64,000 nt of DNA from Octopus vulgaris. Lineage: Eukaryota. Below the pieces are notes generated by a model, which had not been told where the DNA came from, made no database searches, and saw only the letters and a program-made list of their open reading frames with translations. Where the stretch lies: contig OX597817.1 in the NCBI GenBank assembly GCA_951406725.2, positions 166,780,001-166,844,000 of the forward strand. The letters run 5' to 3'. Of this stretch, positions 1 through 12,569 are shown piece after piece. Position 1 is the stretch's first letter. Each line of letters opens with the position of its first letter. A program made the position numbers and the translations under genes.

Positions 1-799
1 AAAGATCAGAAGCAGTCCAACGTGTCGTGTATGCAAGCAACAAAATGAAACCATTGACCATGTGGTCTCCAAGTGCAGTCTTCTAGCGCCTACAGAGTAT
101 CTCAACAGGCACGATAGAGCTGCACAATATATTCACTGGGTAATCTGTAAAAACCTGGATTTGCCCCATGAAAAAAACTGGTGGGAACACAAACCACCCC
201 CAGTGCTTGAAAATGACCACATCTCACTCCTCTGGAACTTCACCATTCAAACTGACAGGAAGATAGATGCAAATAGGCCAGACATCATATTGAAAGACTT
301 CAAACAAAGAACATGCCTCCTCATTGATATGACTGTCCCAATCGATATAAACGTATCTGTCAAGACCTACCAAAAACTGAGCAAATATAAAGATCTTGAA
401 ATAGAAATCAGCAAAATGTGGAAGCTGAAGACTAAAACAATACCTGTTGTCATAGGTGCCCTGGGAATGATAGCAAAAGGGGCTGATAGCTACCTAACTC
501 AGATACCAGGAAACCCAAAAATGGCAGAAGTTCAAAAGATAGTGCTCATGGGAACTGCTCATATCCTACGCAAAATACTCTCTATGTAATCTCAAGGTTT
601 AAAACAAACATAATTTTCGGTTTAAAAAAAAAAAAAAACACTTTTTTTTTAGACATTCATTAGTACAACATCCCCATCCCCCAAATATATGGCACACTAG
701 GCATAACAACAACATGAACTTCCAACCCTGTTGTCTCTTGAGGTCTCTGGGTGAGACTTGGAGCCAACTTGTACAAATATAAAGCAAAAGTCAAACATA

Positions 800-800
<1 letters not shown>
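1..800 (+). mobile_element. 3' end (ORF end plus ~210-bp 3'UTR) of an R4/Dong-like LINE ending in a (TAA)n tract
   Basis: RLE ORF, then a 3'UTR, then (AAT)n at 801-946. A near-identical shorter copy lies at 29191-29460. Confidence 0.85.
2..589 (+). CDS. C-terminal part of an R4/Dong-clade (RLE-type) non-LTR retrotransposon ORF, running off the window 5' end
   Basis: Frame is open from nt 2. It has the CCHC knuckle CRVCKQQNETIDHVVSKC, then RHD, RPDII, LLIDMTVP and K..KY, which is the PD-(D/E)xK restriction-like endonuclease layout of R2/R4-type LINEs. Stop TAA at 587-589. Confidence 0.9.
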   Translation, partial: KIRSSPTCRVCKQQNETIDHVVSKCSLLAPTEYLNRHDRAAQYIHWVICKNLDLPHEKNWWEHKPPPVLENDHISLLWNFTIQTDRKIDANRPDIILKDFKQRTCLLIDMTVPIDINVSVKTYQKLSKYKDLEIEISKMWKLKTKTIPVVIGALGMIAKGADSYLTQIPGNPKMAEVQKIVLMGTAHILRKILSM

Positions 801-871
<71 letters not shown>

Positions 872-905
872 CAACAATAATAATAATAATAATAATAATA
901 ATAAT

Positions 906-946
<41 letters not shown>
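801..946. repeat. (AAT)n microsatellite
   Basis: Directly visible. Further (AAT)n tracts at ~1492-1573 and ~1794-1950. Confidence 0.98.
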
Positions 947-948
<2 letters not shown>

Positions 949-1159
949 TCAACGTTCATGCTCGTCATGCCTCAATAATAACAAAGCAAAATACGAACCG
1001 ATTCGTCGTCACTCGGAACACCATGGACCGCGTAGTCGAATTATGAACCAAATTCGATACGAAAAAATGCTACTGGTTCAAGTCCTCCCGAAACACAGGA
1101 GCTGGAAGTACCCCACAACCGGAATATTCCAACAGATGGTCATCCATGCTCGTCATCAA

Positions 1160-1398
1160 ATAACGGAAAGAAAAAGAATAAAAAATGGTCTATGGGAACA
1201 GTAAAGAAGTTCTTACAGCCTTCTATCATGCGATATATTTCCCGACAAATAAATCTAATACTGTACAAACCTATATAAACTGGAAATAGAAGTACCTTGA
1301 AGTAAGAACCTACACAGACAGTAACAAGATGCCAACATCAGAAGAAACATTATGAAAAGGAAATTACAAACTAAATTAGAGACTGACCAAATTAAATA
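1160..1398 (+). pseudogene. Degenerate N-terminal region of an R4/Dong-like LINE ORF
   Basis: With frameshifts it reads KKNKKWS..KEVLTAFYHAIYFP....TYINWK*KYLEVRTYTDSNK/ANIRRNIMKRKLQTKLETDQIK. This resembles the KW...Y...TY..WR...D.NKLAN.RR.I motif I recall at the N-terminus of R4/Dong ORFs. Confidence 0.65.
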
Positions 1399-1491
1399 AC
1401 AGAAGAGCAAAGGTGGGAGTGTGTCAAGGTAGAGGATGAAAAATCTGCACTCAGCAAGTTGAGCATTCCTAATTCCAAACAAAAAAAATGA

Positions 1492-1577
<86 letters not shown>

Positions 1578-1587
1578 GAATAATAAT

Positions 1588-1792
1588 GGTTTCAAAATTT
1601 GCGACTAGGGCAGCAATTTTAGGGGAGAAGATGAGGCGATTACATCGACACCAGTGTTCAAGTGGTACTCATTTTATCACACGATGAATAGTAAAGTGGA
1701 CCTTGATGGAATTTGAACTCAGAACGCAGCGACGGGTGAAATACCGCTAAGCATTTTGTTCGGCGAGCTAGCGATTCTGCTAGCTCGCCGTC
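1588..1792 (-). mobile_element. tRNA-derived SINE family B, degenerate
   Basis: Reverse complement matches the 5947-6177 element (ggcgagctagcagaatcg...gagttcaaattcc). Confidence 0.8.
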
Positions 1793-1925
<133 letters not shown>

Positions 1926-2166
1926 TAATTATAATAATAATAGTAATAATAAACGCATAAATGAATATAATTGGGGAGTGAACGAAAAGAACTGCACACG
2001 TATCGGATCTAGATAATGAAATGTTATCCAGTAGATGACATTTAATGATCTTTTATGATCTAATTTACTGTAAAAATATTTTTTGACTGTGGCAAATGTA
2101 GATCAGTTCAAAATCTCTAACATGTTGAAATTCAGCATTCAGCGTAAACATCTTTAACCTTATCCG

Positions 2167-2197
<31 letters not shown>

Positions 2198-3410
2198 AGA
2201 AGATGTGTTTGAAAAGATTAATCGAAAACGCTCACACACACTAGGAAAAAACTTCTTTCAAAAAGGTTAATAACATTCTGATAAAAGTTTTTATAACGTT
2301 TTTTTAAGATATCCCGTTTATGCTTAAAAACAGGTTTAAGTAATCTTCACAAAGACTTTCATACATATATATATATGTACAGATATGGTGATGGCAATAT
2401 GCAGATTTGGAAAACAGCTGTGACTGACTTTGACATTGTTTATATTGAAAAACTTTTTATCGGTAACTTGGGTGGGAATTGTCTACGCATAAAATATAGG
2501 AAACAGGGCTTTATTGTGTGACATTTTTAAACTGAAGAAATGCCGGGAGTGAATCCCGGAATATTTCTATTTCTGATTTTTCTTACATTTATACAATTAT
2601 CCAGTTGAATACATTCCATTATTTTAAAATCCATTCTCCATTTACGCATTAATGTAATAATCTACGACGTTGTTAAAAGATTCAACGTTTAAAGATCTCT
2701 TTGGTATTCTTTTACTGATGTTGCAAAGTAAATGCTTCATAAATATATAACTAAGAGTGTGTGATTTCAGAATATATATTAATGTAATGTAATTTTACTA
2801 TTAGATTCTTCTGTATGTGTGACGTCTGCCTTTATTTAATATTTACGTTATGTCTAGCATGTTCAATACAGCTATCTCCTAGGGCGATCGTTAAATGCTT
2901 TCAAACGAACTACAAAACCTTTTCACATTCAGTTTAGACGACGGCCTTTTCATACAAAGATATGTTATTAAAACACAATTTTCGCATAGATATAGTTCTG
3001 AAGTGTTTATATATATATTTATTTATCTACTTATATATTTGAAATATATCTTCATACATTTCCTTTTTGCCATGCAACCCATCGATATATCAAACTGAGT
3101 GTCTTTATACTTTTTTCTGTTTTTACATCGACATTTAGTCTTTCCTATTCATAAGTTTATATATTCCTATCCATATCTACATTTACTTAGTCATATCAAC
3201 ACGTAGGTTTATTGGTTCTTCTTAGAATGGGATTGACCATATTGTTAGTAAATTTCATTATTTTCTCTCATTGCTTTGTTGTAATGATCTGCGTATTCTT
3301 AAAAGCGCAAATATTGCTTACTACGTTCTTCCACCTACATCCAATTTTTATCTCCTCTCTGAAATAATGGAAACCATCCTGCAAACTTTGAATGTATTGG
3401 GAATTGGTAA

Positions 3411-3826
3411 AAGCAGGAGTGGCTGTGTGGTAAGTAGCTTGCTTACCAACCACATGGTTCCAGGTTCAGTCCCATTGCGTGGCACCTTGGGCAAGTGTCT
3501 TCAACTATAGCCTCGGGCCGACCAAAGCCTTGTGAGTGGATTTAGTAGACGGAAACTGAAAGAAGCCCGTCATATATATGTAAATATATGTGTGTGTGTG
3601 TGTGTGTGTGTGTTTGTCCCCCACCCACCCCCAACATCGCTTGACAACCGATGCTGGCGTGTTTACGTCTGCGTAACTTAGCGGTTCGACAAAAAAACGT
3701 CCGATAGAATAAGTACTAGGCTAAGAAAGAATAAGTCCTGGGATCGATTTGCTCGACTAAAGGCGGTGCTCCAGCATGGCCGCAGTCAAATGACTGAAGC
3801 AAGTAAAAGAGTAAAGAGTAAAGAGA
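3411..3826 (+). mobile_element. tRNA-derived SINE family A (internal microsatellite, CR1-type tail)
   Basis: A-box-like TGGCTGTGTGG, B-box-like GGTTCAGTCCC, a CORE-like ccttgggcaagtgtctt, internal (TA)/(TG)n, and tail ggcggtgctccagcatggccgcagtcaaatgactgaa + (gtaaaaga)n. About 20 copies or fragments occur in the window. Confidence 0.92.
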
Positions 3827-5509
3827 GAGTGTGAGGGTGAACATTTTGAAACTACTAATTATACTGAAGAATAACTTTCAGTTTACACCTATACACACTC
3901 ACACCCGCGGGCACACACACACACATCTATAATCCTATCCTTAAATCCTTAAAAATGTTTTAGCCAGAAGGCCGCGGCCATGCTAGGGCACCATCGCTAT
4001 GTATATTATACACATTTATATTTGTATGTATTGATATATGTGTATGTGTATGGGTGTGAATATACTAACACCCGTTTGCTTCACGTTAAATCTATTTTAT
4101 CAATGATTTTTCATACTTTTTAAAATTTGTTCTTTATGTTTGTTTTGAAATAATGAAGATGATAGATCCATTAATATTTCAGTACAGTTTTTGTCTCATC
4201 TAAATTGATACAAATAAAAGTGAATTTTTGAATGTGTTCACATAGCTTCTTGGTTTATACACTCAACACTTTGTATGGGGAGGGGTGTCCGCCTTCACAA
4301 ATGTTTTATATTTAGAGTCAGGGTAATCCTCGGAGAATTCTTCTCTGCCATTTTCGTCCACCAGCCTGCAGCTCAAATTTGCCCCTTCCCGTAGTACATT
4401 GAGGTTTACGACCAGCAAAATACAAGCTAAGAAATATAACAATATACAATAAGTAGCAGTACTGAAAGCAACCAAGCTGATTATTGGCGGGGCATTATAT
4501 TTAACCAATCCCCAAACTGGATGGCATGCAATGAGAATAATTAGTATATATTTGAACCGTCTTGAAGTTTTGCTTATGATTCGTCAGTGAAGAAATTTTT
4601 TTTTTCGCTGATGTGGGTTAAGATAACTCGGAGCAGCAGTTTATTTATTGATAAAATTCTTTCCGACCAGAGGAAATTCATAGAAGCTGAAATAGTTGTC
4701 AGGTTTTATCATGTAGGATCTGATCTCCAGAAAGAAAAATTGTTTGTATCATAGATTTAATTTCATTTTTAAATGTGTTTTTAAAAATCAAATTAGAATG
4801 CGCGAACGGTAAAAATTAATTAATTTTATTTATTATTTTCATTGAAACGGTATTAGAAAAGTTGTAGACATATGTATCAAGGTCTAAAGATAGCAAAACA
4901 AGATCAGAAATGAGAAGATACATATATATTGAAAAAAACATCAAATGTTTGAACATTGAAATCCTTTAGTCTCCAGCGAAAATGAGGAAAAAAGATTCTC
5001 TTAAGTTTTGACCTGACATGATCGAGTGAAGTCTTACACAGGATAAGTTCCCAAAAATGTGATACAAAAATTTTAGAAGACCAGGTGAAGTTTGAACTCA
5101 GCAAATTTTCATATGATAAATTATGTTTATGCAATAAAGAATTGATATCAGTAGCTCATATTTTCCTTCTTACAGGTTCTTCAATATCCTTAATTTAGGC
5201 TGACAGCTGAACTGCTCTCCACAGAAACAAGAGGAAGCGTTGGACCATAGTGTGAACTTTTGGGCAGTTAAATCGTGAAGTGGCGCATAGTCGTCGCGTT
5301 TGTAATAAACAACAGAAAATCAAGGAATTGATTTTGTAATCAATGAAATCGTTAAAATCGGATTTTAAATTATTTCATATTTAAGTCCTGGTTATTTTGA
5401 TACTTCTCTTTTATGTGTTTTCAGTATTTTTTTTTTGGTGGGGGAGGCGGGGGTTTGCCTGTATTGTGCTATTTATTAATCTTTGAAACTCAATGGCAAA
5501 GTACTTTGT

Positions 5510-5609
5510 ACAAGCCTAGCTACGTGGTTAAGAAGCTTGTTTTGTAACTATGTGGTTTTGAGTTCGGTTATATTGCATGGCACCATGGGCAAGTGTAGTG
5601 CATATTTAA

Positions 5610-5647
<38 letters not shown>

Positions 5648-5845
5648 GCCCCCATCCACCCCCACACACAACTACTGAACAACCGGAGCATGTCCCCGTA
5701 ATTTAGCAGTTCTGTAATACAGACCGACAGAATGATTAACGGACTTAATAAGATAAGTACTGGGGGCGACCTATCTGACTAAAACTCTTCAGTGGGTTGC
5801 CCCAGTTTAGCCGCAGTCCAGTGACTGAAACAAATAAAAAGAAAC
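5510..5845 (+). mobile_element. SINE family A, old diverged copy
   Basis: Recognisable head (gtggttaagaagcttg...caccatgggcaagtgt) and tail (ccgcagtccagtgactgaaacaa). Confidence 0.7.
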
Positions 5846-5946
5846 AAATATTTCAGAACTCAGCAAACGCTAATAGTATTATCATTCATGTCTTTCTACA
5901 TAGGTTTGCTCACATTCCTCTTTGTCATATGCTATAATGTATCCTT

Positions 5947-6177
5947 GGCGGCGAGCTGGCAGAAACGTTAGCACGCCGGGCGAAATGCGTAGCCGTATTT
6001 CGTCTGCCGTTACATTCTGAGTTCAAATTCCGCCGAGGTCGACTTTCCCTTTCATCCTTTCGGGGTCGATAAATTAAGTACTAGTTTCGCACTGGGGTCA
6101 ATGTAATCGACTTAATCCCTTTGTCTGTCTTTGTTTGTCCCCTCTATGTTTAGCCCCTTGTGGGTAGTAAAGAAATA
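5947..6177 (+). mobile_element. tRNA-derived SINE family B (probable Meta-domain SINE), full length with TSD
   Basis: Head ggcggcgagctggcagaaacgttagc, B-box GAGTTCAAATTCC, central cctttcatcctttcggggtcgataaa. TSD tataatgtatcctt at 5933-5946 and 6178-6191. The Meta-domain assignment is from memory of the consensus. Confidence 0.92.
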
Positions 6178-6652
6178 TATAATGTATCCTTGCTGTTAAT
6201 ATATGGTTAACCGACCAGAAATCGTCATTGTGTCCGCGTTGCCGGAATTGAGCCATGAAGTGTATAACTTACATTTTTCTCTGAAATTTATATATCATAC
6301 TGGTTGTCTGAAATACGTTCTAAGATCAGCAGGTCGTGGCATCATGCTGTGACTTGAATCTAATATTCTTTATAGTATTGTAACAGATGATTTGTGATTA
6401 GGTGTAATGTATAATGTGTTCTGCATTATGAATGAAATATAATTTAATGTGCTGATCCATTTTATACTTGCGGTGTATTTAGTTTATATAATATACTATT
6501 TGTGCAGTTTCTCTGCTGTTATAGGGTGTTGAAGCCATTGTATTTTTTGTGGGTGACTTTGGTCTACGTGTTGGCCTTCTAACATGGGAAATAATGTTGT
6601 AGCAAACAGAAAATAAAGCACCAAATATTCTTAATAAAATAAATTAACCCGA

Positions 6653-6824
6653 ACCTCACGGCAGGAGGTGCAGATGAGGGCAGCTGCATCAAACTCTCTC
6701 ATGCACCAAATGGCAGTTGCTAAAAAGCATTCGTGAGGTAAAATCATGTAGCAACACCAAATGGCGGTGCCCCAGCATGGCCACAGCTCAAGAGCTGAAA
6801 CTGGAAAACATAAAACATAAAACA
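6653..6824 (+). mobile_element. 5'-truncated 3' end of a CR1-like LINE
   Basis: Reads TSRQEVQMRAAASNSLMHQMAVAKKHS* (RAAxSNSL is typical of invertebrate CR1 ORF2 ends), followed by ggcggtgccccagcatggccacagct..gctgaaac and (aaaacat)n. Confidence 0.7.
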
Positions 6825-6847
6825 TATATATATATATATATATATAT

Positions 6848-7011
6848 ACGACGGACTTCTTTCAGCTTCCGTCTACCAAGTCCACTCACAAGGCTTTGGT
6901 CGGCCCGAGGCTATAGTAGAAGGCACTTACCTAAAGTGCCACGCAGTGGGACTGAACTCGGAACCATGTGGTTGGTAAGCAAGCTACTTACCACACAGCC
7001 ACTCCTGCGCC
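6848..7011 (-). mobile_element. SINE family A, 5' half
   Basis: Reverse complement of the family A head, up to the internal (TA)n. Confidence 0.9.
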
Positions 7012-8158
7012 TATATGTATATGTATATATGTGAGATGCATATGCAAACATATACTTATTATAAATATTCACTTACACATATATATACATATGTACATAC
7101 ATACACACATATGTACATGCATATATACACTCATACATACATATATGGATACATACATACATATTTCAGCCTAAAATTATTTACTTAAAGAATTAGTTCA
7201 AAACCTTGTGCAAAAGTTATCTGAGAAAATGCTGTTCATTCATGTATCATTTGCTTAAAGATATAAAGAATGGCGTTTAAGCCTCGTCATTATCACCCTT
7301 GCCATTTGGGACAGAATTTTCTCATATTTAAAATGAGCACTTATTATCACCGAAGACTGAGTCTATGGATTCGCTCCTGTTACATTCATCGTTACAACTT
7401 CTGTTATTTAACAATCTAGGCCTGTCTTAAACTCACTGTAGTTAAAAGAATCCTCGAATGACCGTAAAATCAATCGAAGCCATTGTTGTTTCTCTTTTAG
7501 ACACCGGACTTTGAAGAAGAAATTGCAAGTGAGGGGTGTCAGATATCTTAACCGAACATAGTAAAAGGATTGACTTACTAATTAAATGTCTTACATCATT
7601 ATCTTTTTCTAATTAGAACATCCATCACCCTGCCGGCAATGTTCTGCTTGTATATGGATTTTACAATCTTTATTGCTTGGTCGTAAAAATATTCACTTCT
7701 CTTCTCTGTTTGAAGTGAATGTATTTCTCTCACACTTTAATGACGTTTCTTACAGTATTCACATTAAATTTAGCTATCATTATTGTTTTACAATGAAAGC
7801 AGTTTCATACGCATTTCGATTTATTGGACGGGCTAGATTCTGACTATAGTAGAGCTTAAGTGAATTTAATCCATGCTAAGCTTGAGACAAATAGCCACCT
7901 ATTTTAGCTAGTATTTCGTACTTAATATCAATTGTTGAGTGATATATTGTCTCTCTTGTTTATTATAGATGTATATTTTTTATACTGTATTTATCATAGT
8001 TACAGTGTATCGAATTAAACAGTTAACGTTGGGATACAATCTGTTGTAATTAATTTATTGCGTTATACACATACACACAGGCATGCATATATAGATATAT
8101 AGTTGTATACTCGTATATATGGAGAGAGAAAGCTGCAATCAGTAGATAGGTAGACAAG

Positions 8159-8262
<104 letters not shown>

Positions 8263-8411
8263 CTGACAGGTAGCCAGGCAGACAGAGAGACAGACAAACA
8301 AACAGAAAGACGGCTGTATTTTAGATGCTTGGATGAATTGAAAACGTTTCACGTAGTCACACCCAGTTTGACTATTTCTGCCGGAAGATGGACCAGGTTT
8401 TTAACTAGTTA

Positions 8412-8476
<65 letters not shown>

Positions 8477-8493
8477 TTGATAGACAGACAGAC

Positions 8494-8567
<74 letters not shown>

Positions 8568-9292
8568 AAGGACGGACGTATGGACAGACAAACAGACAGA
8601 CAAGCTTTGTATCTAGTCTATAGTAGAAAGGATTATCATAAATTTTGTTATATTAAAGTAGATGGCGGAATCGGTAGAACATCGGACAAAATACATTGTG
8701 ATTTTTCGTTGTATTCTTTTACACCTCATAAGTTTAAAATCTGCCACAGTCGACTGAGTCGTTTTGCTTTACCGGTTCGATAAGTTCTCTAGGAAATAGT
8801 ATCGGGGTTGATTTAATTCACTACTTGCTCGTCCCCAAATATGTGACCTCGTCCTTTTGTTATAAAAATTATGATTACTAAAGTTGTTGTTGCTGCAATT
8901 CAGAAACCTGGATCAATTGTAAACGTTCCACGTGATCACCCAGTTTGACTATTTATACCTGAAGATGGACTCGGTTTTTAACTATACAATGTCTAATGTA
9001 GTTTTAAATGAGTTTATCAGAGACTTTTTCTCATAATATATTTCTGTTGCTGTGTAAATCCCAACGGTAGCAACACCTTTCAATTTTGTCAGCTGATATA
9101 ATTAATCTAAGGTATGGTAATCAATATAATTCATCAGCTACGGATATGGATCTGCATGGGACAATACGAAATATCGATAATCCAATATTTGCGTTATCCT
9201 AATAACGAGAGACGGAGAATAGAGCAAATATCTCTACGACCCGACTTTCAACGAATGGGTTTCAATTCTCAATCGTGGTATTAACCTATTTC

Positions 9293-9681
9293 GTGGAGGC
9301 GCAATGGACCAGTGGTTAGGGCAGCGGACTCGCGGTCATAGGATCGCGGTCTCGATTCCCAGACCGGGCGTTGTGAGTGTTTATTGAGCGAAAACACCTA
9401 AAGCTCCACGAGGCTCCGGCAGGGGATGGTGGTGATCCCTGCTGTACTCTTTCACCACAACTTTCTCTCACTCTTACTTCCTGTTTCTGTTGTACCTGTA
9501 TTTCAAAGGGCCGGCCTTGTCACTCTCTGGGTCACGCTGAATATCCCCGAGAACTACGTTAAGGGTACACGTGTCTGTGGAGTGCTCAGCCACTTACACG
9601 TTAATTTCACGAGCAGGCTGTTCCGTTGATTCGGATCAACCGGAACCCTCGCCGTCCTAACCGACGGAGTGCTTCCAGTCC
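9293..9681 (+). mobile_element. tRNA(Arg)-like SINE family C with 13-bp TSD
   Basis: Head gtggaggcgcaatggaccagtggttagggcagcggactcgc..tcgattccc. TSD attaacctatttc at 9280-9292 and 9682-9694. Confidence 0.92.
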
Positions 9682-9747
9682 ATTAACCTATTTCATTTTG
9701 CTGCTCTTGAAAAACAAATTAAACTTTGCAACTCATAATATATGACT

Positions 9748-10080
9748 AGCACTCCGTCGGTTACAACGAGTGTTCCAGTTGCTCCGGTCAACGGAACAGC
9801 CTCCTCGTGAAATTAGCGTTCGATCCGCTGAGTATCCCACAGACACGTGTACTCATAACGTAGTTTTGATGAAGATTCAGCATGACACGGAATGGAACAA
9901 AGCTGGCCCTTTGAATAAAGCTCTGCTCATTTTTGCCAGCTGAGTGGAGCATTTTCGCCAGCAATGTGAAATTAAGTGTTTCGGCAATGTGGAGTTAAGT
10001 GTCAAGGTCACAGAGCGCCGACGGTTATCGTCCTCTCGACGTCAGCCGAATACCCTAAGCGCTAATCCAGGGTCTTCACA
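9748..10080 (-). mobile_element. Older SINE related to family C, inverted relative to 9293-9681
   Basis: gcactccgtcggttac..caacggaacagcct..ctcgtgaaatta..acagacacgtgtac is the reverse complement of the family C 3' region. Confidence 0.8.
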
Positions 10081-10480
10081 ATTATAATTATATGTATTCA
10101 AGTGACTATGGGCTTTGCGTTGGTCCCAACACACCTTGGCAACTACTGTTGGTTTGTTTACGTCCCATTAATCTAGCAGTTCAGCAAAATTAAATGATAA
10201 AATAAGCACCAGACTTCCAAACAATAAGTTCCATGATCGAGCTGTTTGACACAACCCTTTAAGTGTTTAGAATGGCACCGCTTTAAAGTATAAACGCAAT
10301 CTAATGACTGAAAAAAAAACTAAAACTAAAAGATATATAAATTAATAAATTCAAAGATAATTTATTTGCAAATCAGATTCTCCTTCCCCCTTTTTGTTGA
10401 AAAAGCTGGGATTTGGTAAGAAGTCATCGTCTTCTAAAGTCGTCTATGAAGACGCAACATTTTATATATATTTGAACATT

Positions 10481-10816
10481 GGCGTAGGAGTGGCTGTGTG
10501 GTAAGTAGCTTGCTTACGAACCACATGGTTCCGTGTTCAGTCCCACTGCCTGGCACCTTGGGTAAGTGTTTTCCACTATAGCCTCGGGCCTTTGTGAGTG
10601 GATTTGGCAGACGGAAACTGAAAGAAGCCCGTCGTATATATGTATATGTGTGTGTTTGTGTATCTGTGTTTGTCTCCCCAGCATCGCTTCACAACCGATG
10701 CTGGCGTGTTTACGTCCCCGTGACTTAGCAGTTCGGCAAGAGAGGCCGATAGAATAAGTACTACAAAGAAAGGCTTACAAAGAAAGAGTCCTGGGGTCGA
10801 TTTGCTCGACTAAAGG
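10481..10816 (+). mobile_element. SINE family A, 3' tail replaced by another insert
   Basis: Family A sequence runs to cgactaaagg, followed by an unrelated ~110-bp segment that ends in (TA)n. Confidence 0.88.
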
Positions 10817-10931
10817 GTCGTTCTTTATGTTACTTGTCTTGTTTTCCATTTGTTTCTCTCGTTGTTCGCACACCCAAGGTAGACTTCGTATTTCCTGTTG
10901 TTTACGTTTTGTGACCTCCTGTACCCATATA

Positions 10932-10994
<63 letters not shown>

Positions 10995-10995
<1 letters not shown>

Positions 10996-11623
10996 GCAAT
11001 AATAATTCACTAAATGAGATATAGACAGCAACTGCTCCATAACATAAGGGACTAAAGCCATCTGAATATGGCTAGGGACAGGGCAGGGTGGTGGGGGTGT
11101 TACTGTTGCATTTAGCCCCAGGCGAACATCAACGTCGCCAGATAGGCTTGACACCATCACGGGGTCCTCTATCCTGCAAAGGGAGATAATTCCCCGATGA
11201 AGCGGAAACCACACACGGACCTAGGTTTCAAGGTGTTTGCCTATTATCAACGTATGGTAGGCAACCGCTTCCTCGACGAACAACCCACTCTGCAGGATAT
11301 TTATATAGATTTTCAAGCAAAATACATTTGCTGATTTCGAAAATCTGTTCGACAGCAATAATAATTCTCTAAATGAGATATAGACAGCAACTGCTCCATA
11401 ACATAAGGGACTAAAGCCATCTGAATATGGCTAGGGACAGGGCAGGGTGGTGGGAGTGTTACTGTTGCATTTAGCCCCAGGCGAACATCAACGTCGCCAG
11501 ATAGGCTTGACACCATCACGGCGTCCTCTATCCTGCAAAGGGAGATAATTCCCCGATGAAGCGGAAACCACACACGGATCTAGGTTTCAAGGTGTTTGCC
11601 TATTATCAACGTATGGTAGGCAA
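10995..11623. repeat. Two ~270-bp near-identical direct repeats (10995-11265 and 11354-11623)
   Basis: Both start agcaataataattc(a/t)ctaaatgagatatagacagc and end caacgtatggtaggcaa, with only a few substitutions. Confidence 0.95.
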
Positions 11624-11810
11624 TTTTAACCAACTTTCTTGAACCATCACTTTTTATGTATCCCCAAAGCATCAGACTCTTTCCCGCAAACTTCACTATT
11701 TTCGTCGTGTAACGTGGATCGTTTCGCTTTCCTGAAGACTTGATAAATTCTCGCTTATTAGAAGATGGCGAACGGTTTGTATGCAAATCTTCCCATGTGC
11801 ATTGAAGCAA
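11622..11810 (-). pseudogene. Tc1-like transposase fragment
   Basis: PRYTTKIVKFAGKSLMLWGYIKSDGSRKLVKI resembles the Tc1 TVK(H/F)GGGSxMVWG motif. Confidence 0.75.
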
Positions 11811-12352
11811 TTATTCAAGCTAATGGAAGCCACACGAAATATTAACAATGTACAGTAACTTCTTGAAATGTAGATTATGCAATAAATTTTCATTATAAAC
11901 ATTTTTCTGTTTTAAAACACTCTATCTTGATTGGTTTGTGTGAGGTGGTTTTGCAGGGCCATTTTTTTGGTGGTCGTCTCGCATCTTCCCCTCTCATTCA
12001 GAACTCTTACTACAAAATATAATGATTAGGTGTGGAAATTACTCCAACAGGGACAATGTTTTAGTTGTGAAAAGCTTAATGCTAAACATCCACTTATAAG
12101 TTGGCAATTAGTAGATATTTACAATAGTTTAAAGTGGCCGAAGAGCACATATTATTACTTAGCAATGTTGTTATCTAATATCCGATTATCCCATATCATA
12201 AGCGATCTGTAATGTTGTATACTTTGATTAACAAACCCATTCCTTTGAGAAATATACAAGTACATCAAGTACATTTTTTCAGACTTATAGATTCTTAGAC
12301 GATTATACATGTGTGTGTGTGTGTGTGTGTGTGCATTCCTCAGCCGATATAT

Positions 12353-12545
12353 ATTTCTTTACTACCCACAAGGGACTAAACACAGAGGGGACAAACAAGG
12401 ACAGACAAAGGGATTAAGTCGATTACATTGACCCCAGTGCGTAACTGGTACTTAATTTATCAACCCCGAAAGGATGAAAGGCAAAGTCGACCTCGGCGGA
12501 ATTTGAACTCGGAACGTAACGACAGACGAAATACGGCTAAGCCGA
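12353..12545 (-). mobile_element. SINE family B
   Basis: Reverse complement of the body and tail of 5947-6177. Confidence 0.9.
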
Positions 12546-12569
12546 TATAGAGGAAGTAGTCAAGCCAAT

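Noticed and set aside
4263-4508. 81-aa minus-strand ORF with complex sequence
   Set aside because: No recognisable domain, a non-ATG start and no supporting neighbouring exons. It cannot be excluded without a homology search.
9293-9370. tRNA-like sequences (also at 5947, 41150-41226, 62235-62298 and the SINE A heads)
   Set aside because: They are SINE heads with A/B boxes but no complete cloverleaf, and they continue into SINE bodies, two of them with clear TSDs.
11192-11212. ccCGATGAagcgGAAAC as a hammerhead core
   Set aside because: There is no stem II between the motifs and no stem I/III closure.
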